Positions 49,601 to 62,243 of a stretch of DNA of 64,000 bases are shown one piece after another. A model generated the notes under the pieces. It worked only from the letters and a program-made list of their open reading frames with translations, was not told where the DNA came from and ran no database searches. The DNA comes from Vermamoeba vermiformis (taxonomy: Eukaryota): NCBI GenBank assembly GCA_045837725.1, contig JBEWZL010000304.1, forward strand, positions 1 through 64,000, given 5' to 3'. Numbering within the stretch: position 1 is the first letter of the stretch; each line of letters starts with the position of its first letter. A program made the position numbers and the translations under genes.

Positions 49601-50562
49601 TCAATGAATTGTCCGAAGAGAAGCAAGCTCAAGTACTAGAAATTAGGCGTAGGTTTCCGAGAAAATTGATTATTATTATTATAATTATTAACGTATTTTT
49701 CGGAAGGCGAAACCAACAGGCTGTTGAAAGAACAGTTTTTAACGGAGAAGAATGAATTTGAAAAAAGACGAGTAAGAATTTACATTGTTTATTGCCCTTC
49801 TATTGCGTTAAATGCTAACAAATTTTGGTTTCAGTGGCAACGGGTGCATGAAAATTACGACAAATATTGCAAAGAAATTAGCCAAGAAGACTTGACGACT
49901 TGCAAATCATTGGAGATTGATTTAACGGTCGATAATGAATTGATCAAAAGTATCATCGAACGCGCCATTAAAATTATTCGTAAGTAATTTAGAAAATTAA
50001 ATCAGAATTAATTATTATTTTAAATATTTAATATTATTTATAATTAGCTCAATGCACCAGTTTGAAAACCGTCAAAATCAGGAGCCAGTGGATCGAAGAA
50101 GAATTCAATTATAAAAAAGAATTGACCAAATTATTCAATCAGTTATCAAAGTGTCGAACGCTAGAGGCGTTAATAGTGACCGACGATCAATTGCCTGAAG
50201 ATTTGCTCGTCAAATTCTTAACGAAGAAAAAATTGAAGAGATTTCATTACTCCGGCCGAGAACAAATCAACGAAGCTAAAGCGTTATTGAAAACAATACT
50301 GCAGCACCAATCGGACTCGCTGAAAGATTTTTATATCACCCATATCGATGCTGATAATTTGAAGGCATACGCAGCGTTGTTGAAAAACATTCGAGTCTTA
50401 AGAACTGCAAGTGTCAAAACGGACGAGGAAACAATCAATTTACTCAAAGAAAAGTGCCCGGCATTGCAACGAGTGCAAATTTGCAACATTGACGGATGGC
50501 GAACTGACGTGCAGCAACAAGTCAAAGAACTGAACGAGAAAGTATTTGGTGACGAGCACTAG
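46694..50562 (+). CDS. Large F-box protein with N-terminal NLS, acidic tracts and C-terminal LRR-like region (multi-exon; may be more than one gene)
   Basis: MSTKRK...PQKRRK, F-box FSNLPREIFTHILSF...LSMTCKKF, C-terminal LKEKCPALQRVQI. Same-strand ORFs are separated by short GT-AG introns, but not all junctions were verified. Confidence 0.65.
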
Positions 50563-52441
50563 GGGAAGAGTGACGTACAGTTGCTTTAAATGTGACAACT
50601 ATCTATAAGCATAGAATTAATAAATACCTGTATCCATCGTTTGTCATTTCTACTACAACTTCAGAAATAGAAAATTAGAAATATTTCCTAATTTGGTGGT
50701 AGGTACTAAGCTCATCGTATATTCCAATAAGCACACGCATTGCCAGTCAACAAATAAATATTCTAAAATATGTTCTATAATCTCGCTTGGAAAGACGATA
50801 AACGGATCCATTTAATTGTGATGTTAAACGGGACTTTGAAAGGATATGCGCGTCAGAAATGTCGCACTGTCTTCCCGCCTCTTTTGAAAATAAAACCGGT
50901 CATTATTTTAATTTACTATCAAAAATACTCTAAGTAATGATGTTTAGATATAAAGGATTCGAAAGCTCGTCGAAATTGTTGATCTAACTGCGCACAAAAA
51001 TCGTTTGTTGCGTTACATTTAATAATTCTATATTTCTTTAATAATACGTACGGCGCACATGATTTTGTTGGAATATTCGTTGATTAATTTTTATTTGATG
51101 AAATACCGCGAGTTGATCCAAATTCAGTTATGCCGTCCTCGCTATCGTCCGCTGTTATCTTGCTCTCTTTACTGTCACCAGGCATCACGCCGACTGCAGC
51201 AGCGATAGGACTGAAAGAAGAGCTGGTTCGGCAAAGGCAGGAAAGGTCAATAAAATCTTGATAATCAGTGCTTTGTTCGTTGCCCTTCAAGTTGGTCATT
51301 CCTTCAATATTCTTTTGTTCTTCATCCAACTCAACAATCTTTCGGAGTTGTTCGTTGATTTGTACGGCGACAAATTGGGAAGTTGTTCATACCTTCTCCG
51401 TGAGACCCTGTGACGCGCACAGACAGAAAGCTCTTGTTGAAGGTAGCTTTGGCGCACTCGACGTCTTTCCATTTCATTCTCTGCAGCTTTGATGCGTTCA
51501 GCCCTTCCCGGGATGAAATAACATTCAACACAAACCAACCGATGAAATTGGCGTTACCCGCGACGAAGTTAAGCAACCAAATCTCACCGAGACTACTACT
51601 ACCAGAGGAAAATGGCTCACGTGTTCAACCCAGATCCGGACGAAAAGAATAAATCGGAAGAGTCAGCGAAGGCAGCGAAGCATGAGCAGTGAGGGCGAAG
51701 AGAATCCCAAAAAATTGAGCACAAGCAACAACTCTAGTTCCGTTGCAAGCTCAACTGGTCGCATCGAAGTTTCTTCGTCAGTTCCAAGCTTATCTTTTGC
51801 CTTTCCACTTCAGTGGTGGGACGTCAAGAGCCCTCCAAAACAAGAATCCTCGTGTCAAGTACTCTAAAGCGCTGTTCTTCACGGTGAGAACTCCTGCATT
51901 CGTCGAGTCAATCCAGACAATTGGAGACGTATTATCTTCATCTGATATTAAGCATGGAACTTGGCCTGTTCTGTCTCCTAAAAATTCAGCAATAATTTTA
52001 AAAATAATACACCGATATTTATAATTGGTTGAACCTGGTGTGAAGAGGAGCAGATGGCGTCGACTCTTTTTTCATTAATTTAATTCCGCCGCAATTTGTT
52101 GAGCGAGGTGTCTTGTCGGTGAGAGAATGAATGCAGATTTTATGCCACTTGCTTTTATGCGAAAACAGTTCCGGTAATCGTAGACTGGTAACCAGATTCG
52201 CTCGTTCAGCCTTTCATCTGTTTGTCACTACACGCAAACACGGTGTTGTGCCGTGTATGTAAAAAATTGCACTGTCACGGTTTGTAAGATTCCTGCACCA
52301 CCGAAAAGGCACAGAAGTTTCGTGGTCTCTCGTTCTAGAAAAATTAGAAAATCACAAAAACTTGATTCTCTTTTGTAATCTTCGCAAAAATCCACAATAC
52401 TGGACGATACAATTCAATCTTGCACGATTCAAATCAGGCCT

Positions 52442-55399
52442 ATGCTGCGTATCACTATCCAAAAGGCGAAAGATCTTCGTTCTGCCGCTGTTGACTTGTT
52501 GACCCGACGTAAACCAGGTAATATTTATTTTATTCCGTTACTCACAAATATTATTCAAGTTTTTATCTAATCTATCGGTCAATAATTTTCAGATTAAGTG
52601 AATCTTCGGATGACATAAAGTGCAACACAATTTTAATTTGTTATCCTCTAATTAAAATAATAAATTCCTTAAAATTCCTGGCCATATCAGGCATCAAAAT
52701 TACCTATTTTCGGATTTATGAAACTCATTTGTAACTCACTGACTTCTTGCAACAGGACAAAGCGGTTTGACTCGAGAAATTAAATTCAATCTAACGAGGT
52801 ATTATATTATACTGACAAACATAATTGTGATGACAAGCCTAACATTTCTGTAGAAGATCGCATCATCCGAATCAGAAACCAAGCGTGCTGTTCCGCGCCA
52901 CAACATCAGTTTCTGGTAAAAATATATTTTTCTTCTTACAATTTAAACTAATAAGCCCCTTATAACAGCTTTACGGCACAATGGTCGTGGATTAGTGAGC
53001 TCACTCAATCTGCTTTGCCAACGTAGTGGTTATCGATGCTACGCGACCGATACTAAAGACCACGAGGCTTCAATCAAAGAAGAGAAGCTGAGTTACAAAA
53101 CAAAGACACGTAATTATCCCAGTTGCCAATTTTTGATCTGTTTCCGCGTGCCCGGAACTGGTCGATTGTTTTGGCTATCACTTACTAATTTCCTTTTCAT
53201 GCATTTAGCCCGCAGATGGTCGACAGAAGATGTACTTGAGTGGGCAAAGACTGAACTTAAACTTCACGCTGAAGATCTTGCCGCCCTTGAACGTTATAGA
53301 TCAAACGGCAGCCAATTGTTAAAAGCTACAGAACAAAACCTCATTGATGCGGGAGTTGCCGGGGGTTCTGCTGGAATACTGCTTGACAAACTCAGGATTG
53401 CTAGTGCACCCGCGATCTGTGAACTGTTGCCACGTGATGCAGCAGAGTTTCAGTACTTAACTAATGAAGAGACAATGAGGGCAAGCATCAATACCTTCAA
53501 GCCTCTGCCTCAACTTGGAGGCATTGTGAAAGTGAAAGGTTATCTTAGCTCAACACACATCTTCATTACTGAAGAACGATTTAAGCTTTGGAAAATGTAT
53601 TTTGATCATCATAGCAATACACAATCCACTGAGATACTTGTCCCTTTGGGCCCTCATGGAATTGGCAAATCTGGCATTGGTTATCTGATTGCTCTAACTG
53701 CTTACTTTCTCAAGAAGCCACTGTTCTATTATGTAAGTTGCACCAAATTCAGTTCACTCAATCTTTAACAATTGATTTAGCCAAACTGTCGTAGTGTGAT
53801 AACTAAGAAAAATATGGAAAATGTGCTACTTCTCTGGAACAAAGATCTTATGGAGACAAATCAACGTCTAGCAGAAACACTTGAAATTTTACAAACTGAT
53901 ACAACACCTGGTGCCTCTGAATTTTGGTTAGCTTTTGCAGCAATACCTGGTGCTGTAATCCTGTTTGATGAACACAACGAACTGTACAGAATTCCAGATT
54001 ACTCTAACTCATGGTACAGCATTTACACCTCCTTTCAGACATTTCAAGTAAGGCTATTCAAGATTCTAAAAGCAATTACTAATATATTCAAAATAGGGAG
54101 CAAATTTTGTGGCATTCATTGGTTCAGCACACTCAAAGTTTGAAAACAGCATTCCTGATGGATTCAAAAAAAGTGTTAAATACTTGCAACCACTGACATT
54201 TACTGAAGTCAAACACTTTATCACAGCACCAAACTCGGTATGTAAAATAAGTCAAATTAAATTTGTACTCAACTCAAGTATTTAGCCATTGAATGATTTC
54301 CCATGGGAAAAGCTGCCAGGAGAAACTCAAGATGCCAAATTGAAGAAGTTATACTCAGCAGTTGGAGGAGTCTATCGTCTGCTTTTGGAGCTACATGCAC
54401 ATTTGAAAAGTGGGCTCCTGTTTGACAGTTTTGTTAATCCCTTGAAAGCTAATTACTCCAATCGCCTGGCACAGTCAGAGAAAGAATTTATTGGACCAGA
54501 TCAGGAAAAATTCCTGGCCTTGTTGAAATCCATTGCTAACCACAGTGCACATGGAGTTGCAATGGAAGCAAAAGAAACCTCAGCAATATATGATCGTGGG
54601 ATGTTGTATGTCAAAGGTGATTCACTCTTTCCTGTTAATGATACAGCATTTGCTGTAATCAAGTCAAAGGCCTTAGGCAATCACCCTCATGTCAACAGTG
54701 CACCTGTAAGACTGTCATTTACCATTTTAAATGAAACTGACCTTCTCTTAGAATGAATCAGCTCGTGGCCACAGCCTTGAAGAGCAGATAATTGATGCAT
54801 TAAAGAAGAGGAGAGAACGAATTATTAAAAGCTACACCCTTGGCTATAACGTCACTGCAAATAACAAAAGAACAAAAAATACCACAAAAATTCCTTGCAC
54901 ACAGATTGCAGTCAACCCAGACACTATTGAATATGTTCCTGATGATGACAACTGGGATTTGTCCCAAAGATCCTCAACGTTAATTGTACCAAAATCTGCA
55001 GCACACCGAACTTGGGATTTTATGATCAAACACCCCAAACAGCTATGCTTTTTCCAGGTTACAGTTGCAGTATCATCCACTGCATTGCGTGAAAAATTTA
55101 AACAATTTAAAGAATTCATCCGTGGTTCCCGTGGCACAAAGCAAAAACCAGTTACCAGATTTTCAGTTTATGCAAAGATGATCTATGGCAGCGATGCAAG
55201 GGTTGAAGAAACAAATGAAGGCTGGTTTATACTCGTGGCTGGCGAAAAAATTCCTGTCAATTTCTTCATTTGTCATGGAATCGAAGAGGAACGTTCTTGG
55301 ACAGCTTGGAGCAGTATTTATGCCTCCGACCCAAACTGGGCTACTTTGAAAATTATCACAAAGGAATGCTTGGAGGAACAATTCGATGTAACGTTTTAG
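52442..55399 (+). CDS. CRN/RHS-type effector-like protein: SAM-like header + P-loop NTPase + restriction-endonuclease-fold domain (multi-exon)
   Basis: SAM-like WSTEDVLEWAK...NGSQLLKATEQNLIDAGVAGG. Walker A GPHGIGKS. Walker B VILFDEHN. Nuclease-like GHSLEEQI...IVPKSAAHRTWDF...FFQVTV. Confidence 0.75.
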
Positions 55400-55626
55400 A
55401 GTTCTACTCGTAGATGAGTGCAATCGCTGCATAATTTCGTTTGCTTGCATTTAATAAATAACTTTGCTTGAACGTAAGACTTTTGTTGGTTTTTTGCTCC
55501 CGTCCATGTCCGACAAACCTCTAAAACGATAAATCACGCGTAAGCTGTATCGATTAACCAGCATCGCAAGACAGTTTAAGCGAAGGAGAATACGTTTATT
55601 AACTATTACAAAAAAACTTGCAAGAA

Positions 55627-58346
55627 TTAGAAGGGCTTATCGTTCAAAAATCTCTCAACATAACTGTGTAACATATCAATTAGCATTGTGAATCATAATA
55701 CCATAGGAATAGTACTTACCAAAACCTTGCTCGGGCTGTAAGAATTAATTTAAAAAAAGCGTTAGTAGATGTCCGTTACACGAGACCTCAGATCGCGTTA
55801 TTACCTTGAATTGCGGCACCATATGACCAGCGCCCTTAATAGTCACAAAGTAGAGAGGACCAGCGTACTCAGTAACCATTCCACCGACTTGTTCGCCGCC
55901 GTGTTTGTCTGCTTTGTAAGTCCACTGTCTCCAGGCCTGCTTCTCGGGCAAACCCAACATATTTGAGGTCCAGTATTCTGTTAAAAGTGTAAGAACGGCA
56001 GGTACTCGATCGAAGCAGATTTGCAACGAATCCACAAAAACTTACCAGTACCAGTGTAAGGGCATACGGAATCAGCATCGCCTGTTAAATAACGTTTAGT
56101 AAGATTGATCATATTTCGATATAAATCGTAATTATTTATCCATAATTTGCAATTCTTTGTCAGTCGGTCGATCTGATCTGATCTGACTTACCGCTGTAGG
56201 CAAGAACCCTAATGTTCTTGCTAACCAAATATTGGTAGTAAGGAACCATAGAAGGAATGTCGCTCGAGTAGTTAATAGCATCTAAATCGAAAATTAGATC
56301 GAGGCAAGTTTGCCGTTACACGAGTTCAGAACTCACCAGAGCAAATAGACCAAGTGTTAGGCTTGACGTGAATCCGTTCAAAAGGCTATTCACGTCAAGC
56401 CCTTACTATTAATAAGGGTTCTTACAGGACATTAAGCTGAATCCACGTTCAATAGTTCTTGACTTTTCTTACATTCAAGTAATTAGTTCCCTAAACAACA
56501 CCAATATATTAGTACTATACTACCAAGAATATCATATCGAACATACATACCTTGGAAGCATCGACGCAAGGAGGAACATCTTGAGCGGATCTAAAGAATA
56601 AAAAGTTTCGCTTAGTACGCGGTCTTTCTCGACGAATATCGTCCTTATAGGACTTATATATATATACCTCTTAGTCTTAGGAGGGTCGATCATGTATTTA
56701 AGGAGAGGATTGGAGGTTTGGCGTTGGTGGTAGCAGAGCGAGTAGATGTCGTAAGCCTGTAATTAGAAGCACGTTAACATACCGTTATATCATCTCAATA
56801 TCGTTAATTATATATATAATACTATATACTAATATATTTAAAGGGTTTGTAAGGCAGATCTGGTTTCGAACTTACGTCGATATCGTTCATGAGGTTGAAC
56901 ACGTCGTTAAGCAAGTCTTGGCATTGGTTGCCGTTAGGATCGGACGTGCAGTATTGATTAATCTGGTTGTTCAATTTAGCGCTGTAAATACCGTGGCCGT
57001 ACAAGAAAGGCAAGATCGAGTTGGTCAAAGAGTCGGATGTAGGATCAGTAACTCCGTTTCCGACGAGAATACTAGCGATATAACACTATTAGTAGCCGTA
57101 ATCGTCCCAATCAATACCAAATGAATGAGATTTAAGCGACATCCGGTGCGCCAAACAAATTTTCCTCGGTATTGTAGGACTTAATAAATATATTGTTGGA
57201 TTATGTACGTACCCCTTCAAGTTAATGTGCTTTTTACCAGCGAGATTTCCTTCAACAACGTTCTTAGCAAGAGAGGGAACGTAAACTCCGGCCTAAAAGC
57301 AAATCCGATTAGATCATCCATTCAGGCGTCAGCAAAATCCTTATCTTTGTCCAGTAATATTATACTATATTCTGTTCTCAATATTGCCACTTTGAGCGAG
57401 CTACATGCGTCTAAATACTTACGTAGGATTCTCCGCCAATGTAGAAATCGTTGCCACGGAAGCGAGGGAAACGATCCAAAAAGGCTTGAATGGCGTTGTA
57501 GTTATCAATGGCTATAAATAGAGGATTATTAGTACCACAAAATCGGTGAAGTAAAGAAGATCTTGTAACGCGAAGTTCGAATCTGCCTTACCAGTTTGAT
57601 AATCGTCAACATTATAGTCAGAAGAGGTGTTAGAGTAACTGAAATCAACACCAGCAGGCTATTCCAAATGGATAACGTTGGCAATACGGTTCCAGCTAAG
57701 AAAAAGTATAATTAGTTTAGCGGAGCACGAGAGGATCTTTACCTGTAGGGTCTTTCAATGAGCTTAAGATCGCTAGTTGAGTCATCGAAGATAAATGGAC
57801 CATGTTCCTAATCATAATCAAGTTAAACTAAGGCCTGAATAGCTCGTTGGCACGAGCGCGATCAGAACTTTTCCGTCGCTCAATTTACGAAATAAATATT
57901 ATGACTGCTTACGTAAAAATAACCGTCCAATGATGAGCAGCCTGGACCTCCGTTCAACCAGAGAACAAGAGGATCAGTTGAGGCTTGCTTCTTAGATTCG
58001 ACAAACCAGTAGTGCAAAGCCTTGCCAGTAGTCTCGTTAACAGTAAGATATCCTGAGAATTGACGGCCCAAAGGTGCGTTCTGGATTAAATCAAATTATT
58101 AATAAAATTGACACGGATTAGAAAATATCTGCGACATTTCTATTATTAAAAATAAAGATTTATTGATACCCTCGGTACGTTTATTAATATAAAATTTAGT
58201 TATATTTTTTACTAGGATCGTGCGAATTAACTGCTTACAAGGTAGGGCAACGCCTTGATGCGATCAGCTTCAGCGTCGGCGGCAAGAACGCCAGCGAAGA
58301 CGCAGGCAGCAACGATAATAGTGATATATAGTGAGAGGGTTTTCAT
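55627..58346 (-). CDS. Serine carboxypeptidase, family S10 (many exons, including 16- and 18-nt microexons)
   Basis: Signal peptide. [39 protein letters not shown]. Microexons at 55720-55735 and 56473-56490. Confidence 0.92.
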
Positions 58347-58558
58347 ATTTGAATATAATTGAACTCTCGTGCTCTAAGGAACAAATAACACAAAATAACC
58401 AAAAACAATTTTGTTGAACTTCAAACTCCAAACCTTTAAATATTGCCGAAATAGATCAATACAATGAGTTGAATTATATCTAACCTAAGTTTATTGAGCA
58501 AAAGAATTTCTATGCGAAAAAGATCCAGATTGAGAACCGGATTCTGAAAGACATAAAC

Positions 58559-60087
58559 TTATGCGGAGTGAATGATATCCTTAGGAATCATATTATACTG
58601 CTTCATCTTATCGAACGTTTGGATGAATCCAATACTCGCTTTCTGTTCAGTTTTCCAGCCAATACTCTTCGCTTTAGGCATTGCGTAATGTTGAGGCCAG
58701 CTAAAAGAAAATTGTGCATCTATAATTATATTAATACGCTACGTAGTACTATAAGTCATATTAATTAAGACTTACCACAAAAATCAAAGGTTTGGTAATC
58801 GAATGTTTTCTCATCCACGCCGTACTTTTTAGCGATTTCCTTCCAAACTGGCTTTTTGTCCTTCATATACTCAGCCAATGAGTACTCTAAAAGATAATGA
58901 CCAGATCCCTATAAACCATCTTATTCACCTGAGTTTTCGACTTCTGGTTGTCGGATTTAGCCTACCTTTGGTTTGTTATGCGTCTTAGGGAACTTAGGCT
59001 CTTCAACCTCGACTCCGAAATAATTTGCCATAGCTTTCCACTGTTCTTCGATAGTTTCATGTTGCGTATCGCTATCCATAATAATAAAATCATTATTTTC
59101 GGCAGCAGGCAAAGTCGACGTCCAAATAGCGAATTTAGCGATTAAATCAGCATGAGAGCAATCGCAAATACTCTTATATTGCGCTTCGTTGCCAGGGAAT
59201 AGCGCTTTCTTGCCCAAATGTTTTTGAACCAAAAAGTAGATCGCTAAACTGACCGCCATGGACATACCATTGCCTGAAAAAAGGATTAATATATGCTCTT
59301 TAGTATTGATGTATGAAATATTGCTATTCGAAAGAACTGGACCACATCCGAAATTTCTTCTGCATCAGATCTGGTTTAACTTGGTTGAATCTTACCGCGA
59401 GTCACACCAGATATCACGAGTGGTCTATATATGGTATATTTCCATTTTTTGCCTTGCTGGAAGCTGGTTAAAAAGTCCTCTTGTCCCATGTAGAAATCTG
59501 GCTTGTCTTTCTCAGGCTTGTAGGGAGGCGAATTATCGTCAATAACGTGATCCCAACCTAAGTGAATCTACCATAATATTACTATCTATCCAAGCACGTT
59601 TTGAAACATAATGAAGATCCGATCGAAAAAGATCGGCTAGATAGAACCGTAACAATGCCTTACCCCGTAATATTTGCCACCTGTTTGAAGTTCAATGCGT
59701 TGCAAATTTTTGGCGACGCTATCGATAGCCTTTATAAAGGTCTTGAACATCGGAACATTGGATTCGTACAAAGTTTTCGCATCCCACTTCTTTTCGTGCA
59801 CGTAAGCGCTATAAAATACGTGGGTAGCATCCGCAGCGCCTCCTTCTTTGAGCTAATAATACTATTTTTCAGTACATTGCAATAGTATTTAATTAATGAA
59901 ATTGCATTCGAAAGAATTTTGTAGACAAAATCCAATCAAATCCAAACTTACTTTCTTTGCGATTTCTTCTTCAGAACTAGTCAAGTCGATAGGCAGATGA
60001 CAATTGGAGCACCCCAGCGAGGACAAGCGACGCAAGAAGAGCGAGCCTACGATTTGTAGCACCCGCAATTACTGCCACTTTTGCCAT
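58559..60087 (-). pseudogene. PRISE-family (progesterone 5-beta-reductase/iridoid synthase-like) SDR, disrupted
   Basis: Motifs THVFYSAY, NVPMF, LQTGGKYYGIHLG, FYMGQED, IYRP. Frameshift in the GATG-IVG motif near 60053. In-frame TAA at 58957-58959. Confidence 0.75.
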
Positions 60088-60291
60088 CTTCTTGTTGCTT
60101 ATTAATCGGTCAATGATAATGAAAACTAACTCGGCTTCTATTTCAAGCTAGTATGGTTTGACCGAGTGAAATTTCGTTATTCTTCACGTGCAATATTTGA
60201 ATGGAATTCGTATTCCGAAGTAGATCTCCATAACTGAAGGAAAGATCGATCAGATCTGCAGTGCCAGCCCAATCGGTGTTTATTGGCCAAA

Positions 60292-62019
60292 TTAAGAACA
60301 ATAGCGTAGATGAGGCATCTTGCTCGTTAAAATCTCGCATTCTGATCGCGTATAACCAAGACCACGAATGTCTTGCAAGGTTGTCAAAGTCGTCAAATGT
60401 CGACCGAAGAAAACAGCGTCTTCAGCTTTAGAAACGCGCAAAAACGTCAAATGATGCAATGCTGTTAATAATAGCACGTTTTCTTCGCTTCTCCAATTGT
60501 CAAACGACAGACTCCGCAACGTTGTTATCTTCACTAAGCAGTCCATCAATTTTTCACTATTGTTCGTGCCGCGATTGGAAAATGAGGTTAATTTTAAATT
60601 GTCAAACTTATATTCAAAATCTTCGTTATTAACTTGAAAATTGATTGCTAAAGTGAGCGCTGACAACTTTGTTAATTTTGATAAATTACTGACGATGTTG
60701 GCCAGCGGTGCTAATGACGGAATTGACAAACGTTCTAAATTTGTTAATTGGTCTAAATTTAGCTGCTTGTAATCTCGAGGAATTTTTCTTCCGTGGAAAT
60801 CGAGGATCTTCAACTTGGTCAAAATATTGATAGTGCTGATATTATGTGCTAAATATGCGTCTAATGATGTCAAATTGGTAAGGTGCCGCAAATAATTCAA
60901 ATCATCGGTGACTCCACGTAATTCTAACGATTCTAATTGTTCGAATCGGATCAAGCATTGAACGTCAAAGTTTCCAACTAATGACTTTAAATTTGTCGAT
61001 AATAGATTGACTAGTAATCTATCTTCACTTTTATCGCGGATATTATGCGGTGTTGAATCATTGATTTCAAACTTTTGGAGATCTGTCAATGCTGTCAAAA
61101 ATTCAAATCGTTTGTACGTTGCATTTGGCGGCCAATACATGCACAATTCTCGTAACTTCTTTAACCTCGAAAATTGCATTAAATGATCCACAGGAATTTT
61201 GTCGCAGAGGATTTGCAAGTAAGTTAGATTTGTGTTCGTGTGAAATGGTTGCGTTTCATCTGCCAAGAATTTTATTGACTCTAGCGATGTTAATTTGTCC
61301 AAATGGATGTCTGTAATTTCTGTATCAAAACACTTGTATCTGAGGACTTTCAAATTGCAAAGCTGTTTGAATTTTTCGACAGATTCGTCTGTTGAAAATA
61401 ATTGAATCGGCCTTTCTACTCTTAGATATAGCTTGGTTAACTTGCTAGGGTTCTGTAATTGAGTGAGTGGATCGATGCTCAATTCGCCAGAGTGAGTAAT
61501 CCTCAAGCACTCTAGATGTAGTGTCCCTTTCAGAGTTTGAGCGAGATCTTTGGTTCTAGCGCTTAAAGCTAATTTTCGAATTTTAGAGTACTTAGCAATA
61601 AGCTCTGGAGGAGGATGCTGCCATCTAAGAAACTCCCACTCCTCGATATTGGTCAGAGTCGTTAACTTCATCCATTCTTCAAATCTGAGGTCTTCGTCCG
61701 AGAGTCTTTCTTTGAATATAAATGACCTTAGATTTGTTAGCATTGATATTGCTGAAACTACGTCTGTGGCTGGCATACCAAGTTTGGACTTGGCGAACGA
61801 AAGTGAAATTAGATGTGGGACCTTTGATAAATGCTCTGTAATGCTGAAAAAATTGTTGTCATTCGCTAAAAATATTCTAAAATTATCATAGTGAATTATG
61901 TTGAACCATTCTTTGTTTGCTAAACGAAGAATTCGTTTCGATCTTGCATCCAAAAACGTCGTAATCAACTGCCATAGCTCTAAGGGAATACAACCAAATA
62001 TTCCTCTTTCTTTATCCAT
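60292..62019 (-). CDS. F-box/leucine-rich repeat protein, intronless (575 aa)
   Basis: F-box-like IPLELWQLITTFLD...LRLANKEW, then many LxxLxxLxxLxL repeats. Confidence 0.88.
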   Translation of the reverse strand: MDKERGIFGCIPLELWQLITTFLDARSKRILRLANKEWFNIIHYDNFRIFLANDNNFFSITEHLSKVPHLISLSFAKSKLGMPATDVVSAISMLTNLRSFIFKERLSDEDLRFEEWMKLTTLTNIEEWEFLRWQHPPPELIAKYSKIRKLALSARTKDLAQTLKGTLHLECLRITHSGELSIDPLTQLQNPSKLTKLYLRVERPIQLFSTDESVEKFKQLCNLKVLRYKCFDTEITDIHLDKLTSLESIKFLADETQPFHTNTNLTYLQILCDKIPVDHLMQFSRLKKLRELCMYWPPNATYKRFEFLTALTDLQKFEINDSTPHNIRDKSEDRLLVNLLSTNLKSLVGNFDVQCLIRFEQLESLELRGVTDDLNYLRHLTNLTSLDAYLAHNISTINILTKLKILDFHGRKIPRDYKQLNLDQLTNLERLSIPSLAPLANIVSNLSKLTKLSALTLAINFQVNNEDFEYKFDNLKLTSFSNRGTNNSEKLMDCLVKITTLRSLSFDNWRSEENVLLLTALHHLTFLRVSKAEDAVFFGRHLTTLTTLQDIRGLGYTRSECEILTSKMPHLRYCS

Positions 62020-62243
62020 AATTAATTAATTATGATGGATTTTTTCTCGCACGTGCTGTTCTAAACAATCAAAAATAGAAAATGCTCCTAAAATCTATCG
62101 GAAGTGGTTGGTCATAGCTAATTAATTATCTGCCAGTACAATGACTAACGTATACTGTAAGTATAGCAATGATAGGTTCAATCAAGAAGCGATGCGAACG
62201 TTCCGTGTGGATGCGTTTATTTCTGATAGCGCCGCAAGAAAGC

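Noticed and set aside
51084-52300. GC-richer stretch with several overlapping short ORFs on both strands
   Set aside because: I could not build a consistent spliced frame or recognise a domain. It may be a decayed gene; unresolved.
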